64,000 nucleotides of DNA from an uncultured Eubacteriales bacterium (GCA_900316455.1 ONCX01000001.1:76649-140648); one strand, 5' to 3'. Positions 42,337-51,030 are shown, counted from the first letter of the stretch. Translations and numbers: made by a program. The notes: a model not told the origin generated them from the letters alone.

Positions 42337-44442
42337 TCAGCCCTCCGCGTCGGCTGAGTCCTGAACGTCTTCAGCTTTGTCGGGCTTTTCATCTGTTATG
42401 AATTTATAGATATGCTTGTAATAATCCTTGTCGAGTATCTGCTTTGAATATGTGGTCTTGGCACGGACTATTTTATTCATAGCGGTCACGTAATTGTCCG
42501 TTTCTTCATCGGAGAGCGTGCAGCCGGAATCCGGCGTAAATCTCTTTGCCGAAGCGTTGTATTCGCCCTGGGTGCTTATCCACGACCAGCCGTTTACCTT
42601 CAGCAGCGCAAAATGATCCCCTTCCGCCATTATATCGCTTCCCATGAGAATTCTCGAATCGTATTCCAGACCGAAAAGATTGGAGAGAGTCGGGAGAATA
42701 TCTATGGTCGAGCAAGGCTTTTCCACCACTACAGGCTCGCTCATTGACGCGCTCCAGAGAATGAAGCCGTTGCGGTATAGGTCAAAATTATTTCTTATTC
42801 CGTCAGCCGGCAGACCGTAAAGCGAAGCAAGCTCGGAATCGCTGAGAGCATAGGGATAATGATCGGCTGCCATCGCAAACACCGTATCCTCCAGCTCGCC
42901 GGATTCGCTCAGAGCATCAACCAGCGCTTTCAGCATAAGCTCCACCTCATACTGGCACGCGTAATAAGCCTGAACTCCCTCAGGCAGCGTCAAAAACTTC
43001 TCCGGCAGATCCTTCCTGTGACGGGACGACATGGAATTTCCGCTGTAGGAATAATTGGCGTGTCCGCTTACGCTCATGTAATAGGCGTGGAACGGCGTAT
43101 CAAGATTTATGTAATCCTTCACGGAAACCTCCGCCATCTCCTTGTCGGAACGCGGCCAGCAGTTGCTTTTCAGCGTAAGACCGTTGCCGGTGGCTATCCA
43201 TTTATATCCGAAATTAGGATGGGATTTGTTGCGTCCGTAATATGTATATGAATTATTATGATAGGCAAATGTCTTATAGCCGATTTTTCTGAATTGATTT
43301 CCGAGTACAAGCGGCTGGTAGGTTGAACCGCTCGCTTTCAGGCAGTTGGCTGTTGTGTAGAAATTTCCAGTCATGTTGGAATACTCGCCGCTCGCGGTGC
43401 TTCCTCCCCAAACGGAATTATAGAAGTTTTTAAACACAAAGCCTTCGGTTGACATTTTGTAGAGAACCGGAGTAAACTCAGGGTCGATTATCTTATCCGA
43501 GAAGCCTTCGAGAGTGATGAAAATAAGATTCTTGCCCTTGAACATTCCGGTGTATTCGCTCTTTTGAGTGGGCTGAACGCTCTTGAAATACTTGTCCATC
43601 TTCCTGAGCTGATCCGACTTCGTGGAGCCTGCCGCCTTGTCGAAGTCAATATTCATCACGTTGTAGCCGTACTCGATTATCTCCTCGCCGCCGTTGTCGC
43701 CGTCGTCCGGCAATACAGGCTCGGTTACGTCGCCCGAATCGAATTCCTCAACAGGCGCTCCGAAAATAAGCTGCTTTATGTCGATACGAGTTGTGTTGAC
43801 AATTCCATAATAGCTGAAGCTCGTGTCAAGGTCATTTTGCAGATATGTATAATAATAATATGGCGAATAGTCATCCGTTTCCGATTTAGAGCCGTTAATC
43901 TGGACAATCATCGGAAAATACAGAACCGCGAACAAAACAAACGCTATTGCGGAATAAGTCGCGTTTCTCTCCGAATCGTCCGGAACCAGATATTTTCCCC
44001 CGACGCACATAAGCGCGAACGGAACGAAAAACGCGAGTATCATGTACCACACCCCGCCGGCGGCTACGATTGCTTCTTTCCAGAACTGCGTGATATCCTT
44101 TGCCTGTCCGAGCGTCTGCCACGAGAAGAATGTGTGGAAATTGCCGTAATAGCTTACATGAAATGAAAACCAAACCGCAAGCACGGCAAGCACCGTCTTA
44201 AAGAAAATCCTGCGAGCCTTTCCGTTTAGCAGCATTGCCGCGAGACTCAGCAGAAATCCCATGGACAGCGATAAAAAGAGCAGATATTTGTATTTTTCGT
44301 CAAACACTCCGCCGAATACATTCTTTTTCGCCAATATTTCCATGTACACAAGCGACAACGGCAAAAAAAGAATACTGATTACATTCCTTAAATACGCGCT
44401 TCTGTCTAATTCATCAAACAATCTGTTCATTGCTTTGCTCAA
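42337..44442 (-). CDS. LTA-synthase-family (LtaS-like) membrane sulfatase-fold phosphoglycerol transferase
   Basis: N-terminal multi-TM region plus an extracellular alkaline-phosphatase-superfamily domain (NLIFITLEGF, WGGSTASGEYS with Thr nucleophile context, ADHYPY). Confidence 0.8.
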   Translation of the reverse strand: MSKAMNRLFDELDRSAYLRNVISILFLPLSLVYMEILAKKNVFGGVFDEKYKYLLFLSLSMGFLLSLAAMLLNGKARRIFFKTVLAVLAVWFSFHVSYYGNFHTFFSWQTLGQAKDITQFWKEAIVAAGGVWYMILAFFVPFALMCVGGKYLVPDDSERNATYSAIAFVLFAVLYFPMIVQINGSKSETDDYSPYYYYTYLQNDLDTSFSYYGIVNTTRIDIKQLIFGAPVEEFDSGDVTEPVLPDDGDNGGEEIIEYGYNVMNIDFDKAAGSTKSDQLRKMDKYFKSVQPTQKSEYTGMFKGKNLIFITLEGFSDKIIDPEFTPVLYKMSTEGFVFKNFYNSVWGGSTASGEYSNMTGNFYTTANCLKASGSTYQPLVLGNQFRKIGYKTFAYHNNSYTYYGRNKSHPNFGYKWIATGNGLTLKSNCWPRSDKEMAEVSVKDYINLDTPFHAYYMSVSGHANYSYSGNSMSSRHRKDLPEKFLTLPEGVQAYYACQYEVELMLKALVDALSESGELEDTVFAMAADHYPYALSDSELASLYGLPADGIRNNFDLYRNGFILWSASMSEPVVVEKPCSTIDILPTLSNLFGLEYDSRILMGSDIMAEGDHFALLKVNGWSWISTQGEYNASAKRFTPDSGCTLSDEETDNYVTAMNKIVRAKTTYSKQILDKDYYKHIYKFITDEKPDKAEDVQDSADAEG

Positions 44443-44543
44443 TTCATTCTGACCTCCTGAATATTTTCAAACGACACAATTCTTAACCGACATAAAAACC
44501 TTAATTATCATTCTATCAGATATTTCAGAAAAATGCAATGCAA

Positions 44544-44589
44544 AAATCAAGGCTTCGCACGCTTTTTTAAAGCAACTCAGCCTTGATTT
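44544..44589 (-). terminator. hairpin terminator after the radical SAM gene
   Basis: 10-bp stem aaatcaaggc / gccttgattt with a U-rich tail. It separates the rSAM cassette from the LtaS-like gene. Confidence 0.6.
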
Positions 44590-44597
44590 GATTTTTT

Positions 44598-45665
44598 TTA
44601 TTTCGATGGCACTACATACCTTTTATAAAAATGCGATTCGTCCGCGTCAAGCATTTTCCTCGCCATTTCATCGGCTGTTGTTATGAGTATCTGCTGATAT
44701 CTGCACTGCTCACCGCTAACCTGTGACATATCCCCGCACTGCTGATAATTCAGACAGGCGCAGTCGTTGACGCAGCGCTTCTGCATGGCGCAGTCCGTAC
44801 AGAATGAAGGCTTGCGGAGACTCGCGGCATAAAATTCATCGCGCCTGACGGCATCTATTCCCTCGGCTACGCTCCCCATACGGTATTCAGGAACGCCGCC
44901 GAACTGAATGCAGGGGTATATGTTCCCGTCCCAATCAATATACGGCTTACGCATACCAAGCTCGCAGATATGGCATTTTCTGTCCTTTGTTATAGCGAGT
45001 ATTTTCTCTTCAAACGGGTTGAAGTAAATATCCCTGTCATGAATAAAATATTCAAATATGAGATCGCCGAGCATTCCAAGCTGTTCTGACAGAATATCCA
45101 TGCTTTCGTCGTTCCAGCCCGCGCTGGGACGGCTGTCAATTGCAAGGTTAAATCTCCTTGCCCCGAGATCGACAAGATGCTTCATGGAATCATAAACCAT
45201 TCCGGCAGTTTCAGGCGTTGCCGTCGCCATAATGAATGCGCCGGGACGATATTTCAGCAGCAGTCTGAGTTTTTCGTCAAGCTGTGAAAGACAGTCGTTT
45301 CCCGACGGATAAAGCCGGTTGACCCGGCTCATAATTCCGTCGTGAGACATAGCGATATATATATCTTCATTTTCGGCAAATCCAAGGAATTCGTCATCGA
45401 GCAAAAGCCCGTTTGTCGTCATGTTCCAGCTGAACTTTTTATCGGCAAACCGCTTTGAATATTCAATGCACCTGCGAATAAGCGGCTTGCAGAGCAGCGG
45501 CTCTCCGCCGAAAAACGAGACTCCGACAGATCCTTTTCCTTCTCCGGCAGCCATATCTATGGCACGAAGCGCCGTTTCCTCGCTCATAAAGACATTGTCG
45601 TGCGTTTCAAAGCAGTATTTGCAGCGCAGATTACACTGTCTGGTAAGAATTAATGATATATTCAT
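44598..45665 (-). CDS. radical SAM / SPASM-domain enzyme (anSME-like architecture, no N-terminal RRE)
   Basis: CNLRCKYC (CX3CX2C) at residues 11-18, GGEPLL. SPASM: CELGMRKPYIDWDGNIYPC (C-x12-G-x4-C) and CTDCAMQKRCVNDC (CX2CX5CX3C). ATG 45665 is 1 nt after the upstream ORF's TGA (track start TTG 45692). Confidence 0.9.
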   Translation of the reverse strand: MNISLILTRQCNLRCKYCFETHDNVFMSEETALRAIDMAAGEGKGSVGVSFFGGEPLLCKPLIRRCIEYSKRFADKKFSWNMTTNGLLLDDEFLGFAENEDIYIAMSHDGIMSRVNRLYPSGNDCLSQLDEKLRLLLKYRPGAFIMATATPETAGMVYDSMKHLVDLGARRFNLAIDSRPSAGWNDESMDILSEQLGMLGDLIFEYFIHDRDIYFNPFEEKILAITKDRKCHICELGMRKPYIDWDGNIYPCIQFGGVPEYRMGSVAEGIDAVRRDEFYAASLRKPSFCTDCAMQKRCVNDCACLNYQQCGDMSQVSGEQCRYQQILITTADEMARKMLDADESHFYKRYVVPSK

Positions 45666-45666
45666 A

Positions 45667-45948
45667 TCATTCACCGCTGTCCGACTGTTCAACAGTCATG
45701 TATCCCAAATAATCTCTGGCTGGGATTTCTTCCTCGCCCTGCTTGTCCTGTGAAGAAATATCCGATTCCGAAACAGCCGGAATATACTGTTCCTCTCCCA
45801 TAATGGTATTATCCGGCTCAGGCTTTGCGTGATGGCACGCTGTCAGGCTTCCGCACAGCAGCAGCGCCGAAGCCGCTGCTGTCAGCTTCTTTAAAACGTC
45901 GCTGCCTGAGTAACCGTCGTCATACAATTTAACTTTCCTTTTTTCCAT
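45667..45948 (-). CDS. small acidic lipoprotein-like peptide B (candidate rSAM substrate)
   Basis: MEKRKVKLYDDGYSGS..LLLCGSLTAC (lipobox)..EEQYIPAVSESD..DYLGYMTVEQSDSGE. GAAGAGG SD. Paralogue of peptide A. Confidence 0.65.
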   Translation of the reverse strand: MEKRKVKLYDDGYSGSDVLKKLTAAASALLLCGSLTACHHAKPEPDNTIMGEEQYIPAVSESDISSQDKQGEEEIPARDYLGYMTVEQSDSGE

Positions 45949-45958
45949 AACAACCTCT

Positions 45959-46243
45959 TCAATCCTGCTCCGACGGCACATAGGCAACGTCTCCGTCAAG
46001 TGTGAACATTTCCTCGTCAGACGACGGCGACGATTCCTCCGGCAAATCCGAATCCGAAACGCTCTCCACCGTCATATAACCGTCGTACTCAGTGGGTCTG
46101 TATTCAGTATCGCCGGATAAGGAATTTTTGAAGCAGCCGGTAAGTCCTCCAACCATTGCGGCGGCGGCAGCAGTTGCAGCGACTGCCTTCTTAAATGTGC
46201 CGCCGTAGCCTGCGTCGTACACGTCAACCTTACGCAATTTCAT
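45959..46243 (-). CDS. small acidic lipoprotein-like peptide A (candidate rSAM substrate)
   Basis: MKLRKVDVYDAGYGGT..AAAAAMVGGLTGC (lipobox)..EYDGYMTVESVSDSD..DVAYVPSEQD. GAGGTG SD 7 nt before ATG 46243. Confidence 0.65.
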   Translation of the reverse strand: MKLRKVDVYDAGYGGTFKKAVAATAAAAAMVGGLTGCFKNSLSGDTEYRPTEYDGYMTVESVSDSDLPEESSPSSDEEMFTLDGDVAYVPSEQD

Positions 46244-46349
46244 TAATATCCACCTCGTTTTTTTAATGATAAGCATTATGCTTCCATTTATATAACCCAA
46301 AATGAAGAAAAACGGTTGGTTAAATATTTAATATTTTTTATCTCAACCT

Positions 46350-46401
46350 AATAAAATTTCCCCGATGGTCTTACTCCTTGAAAGTCAGGAACATCGGGGA
46401 A
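46350..46401 (-). terminator. rho-independent terminator after the carboxyltransferase operon
   Basis: 10-bp stem ttccccgatg / catcggggaa followed by auuuuauu on the minus strand. Confidence 0.65.
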
Positions 46402-46436
46402 CTGTTTCATTGCATTAACGTGAAAAATATAAGTTA

Positions 46437-47834
46437 TTAAACCGGATGCACTTTCTCAGCCGTATCAAAGTGAGCGCTGTCAATACCATAAAGCGCGTCT
46501 CTGCGGTTCTGGAAGAATTTTGTGGCAACCTGTCCGAAGCAGGCGTAGGACAGAACGTCCTCTTCCTGTTCGAGATATTCCGACATTTCCTCGCGCAGGT
46601 CTTCAAGCTCAGGCTTGATAAGATCGGCGGGACGGCAGTCGATAGGTTCGAGATCGCCTATTATCCTCTTGCGGAATTCGGGATCTATAGGCATGGGAGT
46701 TTTGCCGTAGGTTCCCTGAACAAGTCCCTTGAATTCCTTGGTCGTCATCTTGTAACGCTCGCCGGTAATTACATTCAGCACAGCCTGCGTGCCGACTATC
46801 TGCGACGTCGGAGTGACAAGCGGCGGATATCCCGCGTCCTCGCGCACTCGCGGAACTTCGTTCAGCACGTCGCTGAGTTTGTCTAACTTGCCCGCTTCCT
46901 TGAGCTGCGAAACAAGGTTGGAAAGCATTCCGCCAGGAACCTGATAGAGCAGCGTCTTGGAATCAACCTCCAGCACCTTGGGATTCATCAGTCCGCTGCT
47001 GAGATACTTCTGCCGGAGCGTCTCCACGTAATCCCTTATCTGTGCGAGAAGATTGAGGTCAAGCCCAGTGTCATATTCCGTACCCTTGAGAGCGGCAACC
47101 ATTGATTCCGTAGCCGGATGAGACGTACCCAAAGCCATCGGCGACATAGCTGTATCTATTACGTCAACACCAGCTTCTATTGCCTTGAGCATGGACATCG
47201 ACGCAAGACCCGATGTATAATGCGTGTGGAGCTGAATCGGTATCCTGACCGTCTCCTTGAGAGCTTTTACAAGGTCATATGTGCCGTATGGCGTGAGCAG
47301 ACCCGCCATGTCCTTGATACATATTGAATCGGCGCCGGCATTCTCCAATGTTTTGGCATATTTGGTGAAATACTCCAATGTAAACACCGGACCTGTTGTG
47401 TATGAAATACAGCCCTGAACATGTCCGCCGTATTTCTTCGCGGCGTTAATCGAGGTTTCAAGGTTTCTTATGTCGTTGAGCGCGTCAAATATTCTCATTA
47501 TGTCGATACCGTTGTCGATTGATTTCTCAACAAAATACTCCACAACGTCGTCAGCGTAATGACGGTAGCCCAGCATATTCTGTCCGCGGAAAAGCATTTG
47601 CAGCTTTGTCTTAGGACATGCCTTGCGGATAGTCCTCAGACGTTCCCACGGATCCTCATTGAGAAAACGAAGGCACGCGTCAAATGTTGCGCCGCCCCAG
47701 CATTCAAGAGAATGAAAGCCGACCTTATCCAAATCCGAGAGCATGGGCAGCATTTCCTCGGTGGTCATTCTGGTGGCGATAAGCGACTGATGAGCGTCGC
47801 GAAGCACCGTTTCGGTAACTTTTATCTGTGCCAT
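46437..47834 (-). CDS. pyruvate/oxaloacetate carboxyltransferase (5S-type subunit; OadA/PycB-like without a biotin domain)
   Basis: ETVLRDAHQSL, HTHYTSGLA motifs. 465 aa, lacks a C-terminal biotinyl domain. Confidence 0.85.
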   Translation of the reverse strand: MAQIKVTETVLRDAHQSLIATRMTTEEMLPMLSDLDKVGFHSLECWGGATFDACLRFLNEDPWERLRTIRKACPKTKLQMLFRGQNMLGYRHYADDVVEYFVEKSIDNGIDIMRIFDALNDIRNLETSINAAKKYGGHVQGCISYTTGPVFTLEYFTKYAKTLENAGADSICIKDMAGLLTPYGTYDLVKALKETVRIPIQLHTHYTSGLASMSMLKAIEAGVDVIDTAMSPMALGTSHPATESMVAALKGTEYDTGLDLNLLAQIRDYVETLRQKYLSSGLMNPKVLEVDSKTLLYQVPGGMLSNLVSQLKEAGKLDKLSDVLNEVPRVREDAGYPPLVTPTSQIVGTQAVLNVITGERYKMTTKEFKGLVQGTYGKTPMPIDPEFRKRIIGDLEPIDCRPADLIKPELEDLREEMSEYLEQEEDVLSYACFGQVATKFFQNRRDALYGIDSAHFDTAEKVHPV

Positions 47835-47855
47835 ACTATTGCCTCCCGTCCGCTA

Positions 47856-48221
47856 TCAGCCTATTGTGACAAGCGCGGTTCCGGATTCAACGGTCTGACC
47901 CTTGATGACGTAAACCTCCACTACCTTGCCGTCCTTGGGAGCCGCAATTGCGTTTTCCATTTTCATTGCCTCAAGCACAAGAAGCGTGTCGCCGGACTTT
48001 ACATAATCGCCGGGCTTTATCTGAACCTCAAGAACCGTACCGGGCATCGGGGAATTGACTGTTTCGCCCGCTACAGGAGCCTTGGGCGCGGCGGGTGCGG
48101 CAGGAGCCTTGGGCGCGGCGGGCGCGGGAGCGGACGGTGCGGACGGTGCGCTGTCGCTTCCGACCTCTTCAACCTGAACGTCATATGCAACGCCGTTAAC
48201 GGTAATTTTTAAATTCTTCAT
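47856..48221 (-). CDS. biotin carboxyl carrier protein (1.3S-type)
   Basis: Ala/Pro-rich linker and the biotinyl-lysine motif LEAMKMEN. Confidence 0.88.
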   Translation of the reverse strand: MKNLKITVNGVAYDVQVEEVGSDSAPSAPSAPAPAAPKAPAAPAAPKAPVAGETVNSPMPGTVLEVQIKPGDYVKSGDTLLVLEAMKMENAIAAPKDGKVVEVYVIKGQTVESGTALVTIG

Positions 48222-48275
48222 GGGAAATTCCTCCTGATATATGTCAATTATGTCACGTTATTATGAAGATAATAA

Positions 48276-49670
48276 TTAAAGCTGAATGTTGGAGTGCTTC
48301 TTAGGCAGACGTGAGACCTTCTTTGAAGCGAGCATATCGAGAGCCGCAGCCACAACTGCGCGTGTGTCGGCGGGTGCGATAACGTCGTCAATATAGCCCT
48401 CCGACGCGGCGGCTGCCGGTGAAGCAAGGGTATTTCTGTAATCCTCTTCTATCTCGGCGCGTCTTGCTATGGGATCATCAACGCCCTTCAGCTCGTCATT
48501 ATACATGATTGCGGTGAATGTTTCCGGCGCAAGCGGGGCAATTACCGCGTTAGGCCACGCCACTGTGAAGTCGGCGTTTGCGGCGCGTCCGGCAAGAGCC
48601 ACGAACGCGGGACCGTATGCCGCGCCAATGATTATCGCCATCTTGACTGTCGTAGCTTCAGCGTACGCGTGCATCAGCTTTGCCGCGTCGCGCACGGTTT
48701 CAAAGCCGTAGGTATCGACGAGAGTTATCACCGGAATGGAAAACGCGTCGCAGAATCTTACAAAGCGAGCCGCTTTTGCAGCGCCGTTGGCGTCCATCTT
48801 GCCGCTGTTGTAACGGCTTCTGGTCGAAACAACGCCCACCGTCTGTCCGTTTATCGTGGCAAGACCTGTGAGAACGCTTCTTCCGTGACCGGTCTGGAAA
48901 TCAACAAGGCTGCCTTCGTCCACTATACCGGCGATAATATAGGAAATGACACGCGTTTCTGTGCCGACCGCTGCGGAAACCGCGTCAAGCTCTTCGCCCG
49001 AAACGGTAGGCTCGCTGAATTCCGCGTTCAGCGCCACGCAGAGATTGTTTGAGGGAAGCATAGCCACGAGAGTCCGCGCCTTGACAAGCGCATCGTCAAT
49101 TGTTTTGGTGAGAATATGTACGCTTTCCCCAACGTCCTCACTCTTGCGCTCGCTGCCGTTGGTTTCTATGCCGAAATCAACGTCCTTGACAGCTATCACA
49201 ATATCGGCGCAGCTCGCAATGAGCGCGTTTGTTCCGACGCATGTGCCCGCAATGACGGATATCTGAGGAACAACGCCTGACAGACTGCTGCTCCAGAGCA
49301 GCATGTCTCCGTATGCCGCAAGAATAGCGCCGCCCTGCTTCAGACGCGCTCCCTGTGAATCATATATGCCGATGACCGGAGCGCCGGTCTTGGCAGCGAA
49401 ATCGTAAACCTTCTTTATCTTTCGTGCCTGCGCCTTGGAAATAGCGCCGCCCGTCACGTCACCGTTCTGAGCAAAGGCGTAAACCGGCAGACCGTCCACA
49501 GTGCCGTAAGCGGTGACAACCTCGGCGAGTCCTCCCTCGGACTTTACCAGCGAGTCAAACTCGACCATGGAATTCTCGTCAAAGAGCTTTGCAAGGCGGT
49601 CATACGCAACCGTGTTTTTTACTGCGGCTTTCGTATCGCGGACCTCCTGCAATTTGCTTTCTAAACTCAT
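48276..49670 (-). CDS. acyl-CoA carboxyltransferase (12S / methylmalonyl-CoA carboxyltransferase-like), divergent and short
   Basis: Two crotonase-like halves (VYAFAQNGDVTGGAIS; AAKAARFVRFCDAFSIPVITLVDTYGF). It appears shorter than the ~510-520 aa I recall for this family (from memory). Confidence 0.75.
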   Translation of the reverse strand: MSLESKLQEVRDTKAAVKNTVAYDRLAKLFDENSMVEFDSLVKSEGGLAEVVTAYGTVDGLPVYAFAQNGDVTGGAISKAQARKIKKVYDFAAKTGAPVIGIYDSQGARLKQGGAILAAYGDMLLWSSSLSGVVPQISVIAGTCVGTNALIASCADIVIAVKDVDFGIETNGSERKSEDVGESVHILTKTIDDALVKARTLVAMLPSNNLCVALNAEFSEPTVSGEELDAVSAAVGTETRVISYIIAGIVDEGSLVDFQTGHGRSVLTGLATINGQTVGVVSTRSRYNSGKMDANGAAKAARFVRFCDAFSIPVITLVDTYGFETVRDAAKLMHAYAEATTVKMAIIIGAAYGPAFVALAGRAANADFTVAWPNAVIAPLAPETFTAIMYNDELKGVDDPIARRAEIEEDYRNTLASPAAAASEGYIDDVIAPADTRAVVAAALDMLASKKVSRLPKKHSNIQL

Positions 49671-49769
49671 TGCTGAACCTCCTACAATTCAAAACAGCAT
49701 GGACAAGCGGTTTCCCTGCTTAACGCAGAGTCCTACTCCCCCACTGTAATTAATTAATATTTTACAATA

Positions 49770-49798
49770 ATTATATTACACATCTGCGGCATATACAA
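49770..49798 (-). promoter_or_regulatory. sigma-A promoter of the carboxyltransferase operon
   Basis: Minus strand TTGTAT-17 nt-TATAAT. Confidence 0.5.
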
Positions 49799-49831
49799 GG
49801 GATTATTTTACCTTCTGACGCAAATTCCCTA

Positions 49832-50212
49832 TTATTTACAGAAATGCACCACATTTTGTGTAGCAATTGTCAAATATTTTCCATCATCAGCAAAGCCCAT
49901 TCTGTCAAAAATCGCGTTTTTGATCGAGGTATCAGCCCTTAATTCCGGAATCATGCGGTTGAATGCAAATGAAGCGGCTGCACGCAGCATAAGCTCGCAT
50001 GTGAAGTCGTCGGGATACTCAAATGTATGGATCATCAGAAAGGCTCTCATTGCGCCGTCAGCATTTGGCTGTGTTTCCAATGTGAGCGAAATATTTCCTG
50101 TTATATCGCCGTTTTCATATGCTCTCAGCACTGCGGCGTCCTCCGGAAGATTATTGTTTTTCAGGTATTCAATGAGCTCATTCTCTTCTGTAAGCGGATG
50201 TATTTCAAGCAT
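49832..50212 (-). CDS. hypothetical 126-aa protein co-transcribed with rluB
   Basis: ORF starts 8 nt after the pseudouridine synthase stop. No recognisable motif. Confidence 0.5.
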   Translation of the reverse strand: MLEIHPLTEENELIEYLKNNNLPEDAAVLRAYENGDITGNISLTLETQPNADGAMRAFLMIHTFEYPDDFTCELMLRAAASFAFNRMIPELRADTSIKNAIFDRMGFADDGKYLTIATQNVVHFCK

Positions 50213-50220
50213 TTTGTATA

Positions 50221-51030
50221 TTACCTTCCCTGCTTTTTCTTTTTATTCGGATTATAGGGGGCTTTTTCAGAAGCCTTCGCGGCTCGCTTCTGCCTTGACG
50301 CGGAAATCTGAGCCGACGCCATCAGCGAACGAAGCTCGTCGTCATTCAGGTCGCGCCAGTCGCCCGCTTTCAGCATTCCCAATTTTACGTTGCCCACGGC
50401 GATTCGCTTTAGCCTTATTACTTCAAGCCCCAGCTCCTCGCACATCTTGCGTATCTGCCTGTTGCGCCCCTCGTAAAGAGTGATCTGCATTACGTTGCGG
50501 TTCTCTTCTTTTGTAATGAGATTTACGTCGGCGGGAAGCGTGATCTGTCCGTCGATCATCAGTCCCTCCGAGAGCTTGGCGAGCATGTCCTCCGTGACCT
50601 GCTGGCGCACGGTTACGCGGTAGGTCTTGGAAACATGACTGCGCGGGTGCGATATTCTGTTTGCAAAGTCGCCGTCGTTCGTCATGAGAAGAAGTCCCTC
50701 GCTGTCGCGGTCAAGTCTGCCGACGGGAAAGACCCTCTCCGGAATATCCGACACAAGCTCCGCCACGCATTTGCGCCCCAGCTCGTCGTCCATTGTAGTC
50801 ACAAAGCCCCTCGGCTTGTGAAGCATTATGTAAACCCTGCGGCTGGTCTGCGGCAGCAGCTTACGGCTGCCGACAGAGATTTTATCATTCACAGGGTCAA
50901 CCTTTTCCCCTATTTCGGCGATTCTGCCATTGACACGAACCTTGCCTTCGGCTATAAGCTGTTCCGCCTTTCGGCGCGAAGCGATTCCACAATCGGCAAT
51001 CAGCTTGTGCAGCCTGATTTTTTCAGCCAT
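50221..51030 (-). CDS. rluB: rRNA pseudouridine synthase (RsuA/RluB family) with an N-terminal S4 domain
   Basis: S4: RLHKLIADCGIASRRKAEQLI. Catalytic VGRLDRDSEGLLL. Lys-rich C-terminal tail. Confidence 0.88.
   Translation of the reverse strand: MAEKIRLHKLIADCGIASRRKAEQLIAEGKVRVNGRIAEIGEKVDPVNDKISVGSRKLLPQTSRRVYIMLHKPRGFVTTMDDELGRKCVAELVSDIPERVFPVGRLDRDSEGLLLMTNDGDFANRISHPRSHVSKTYRVTVRQQVTEDMLAKLSEGLMIDGQITLPADVNLITKEENRNVMQITLYEGRNRQIRKMCEELGLEVIRLKRIAVGNVKLGMLKAGDWRDLNDDELRSLMASAQISASRQKRAAKASEKAPYNPNKKKKQGR

Noticed and set aside
44598-45665. The rSAM/SPASM enzyme as the maturase of the neighbouring sulfatase-fold protein (42337..44442)
   Set aside because: The neighbour is LtaS-type (Thr nucleophile context GGSTASGE, no C/S-x-P/A-x-R formylglycine motif). 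It is also separated from the rSAM cassette by a terminator hairpin and a 155-nt gap.
45421-45753. 110-aa plus-strand ORF overlapping the rSAM 5' end and the peptide B 3' end
   Set aside because: It is antisense to two SD-supported, translationally coupled genes, and it has no SD or recognisable motifs.
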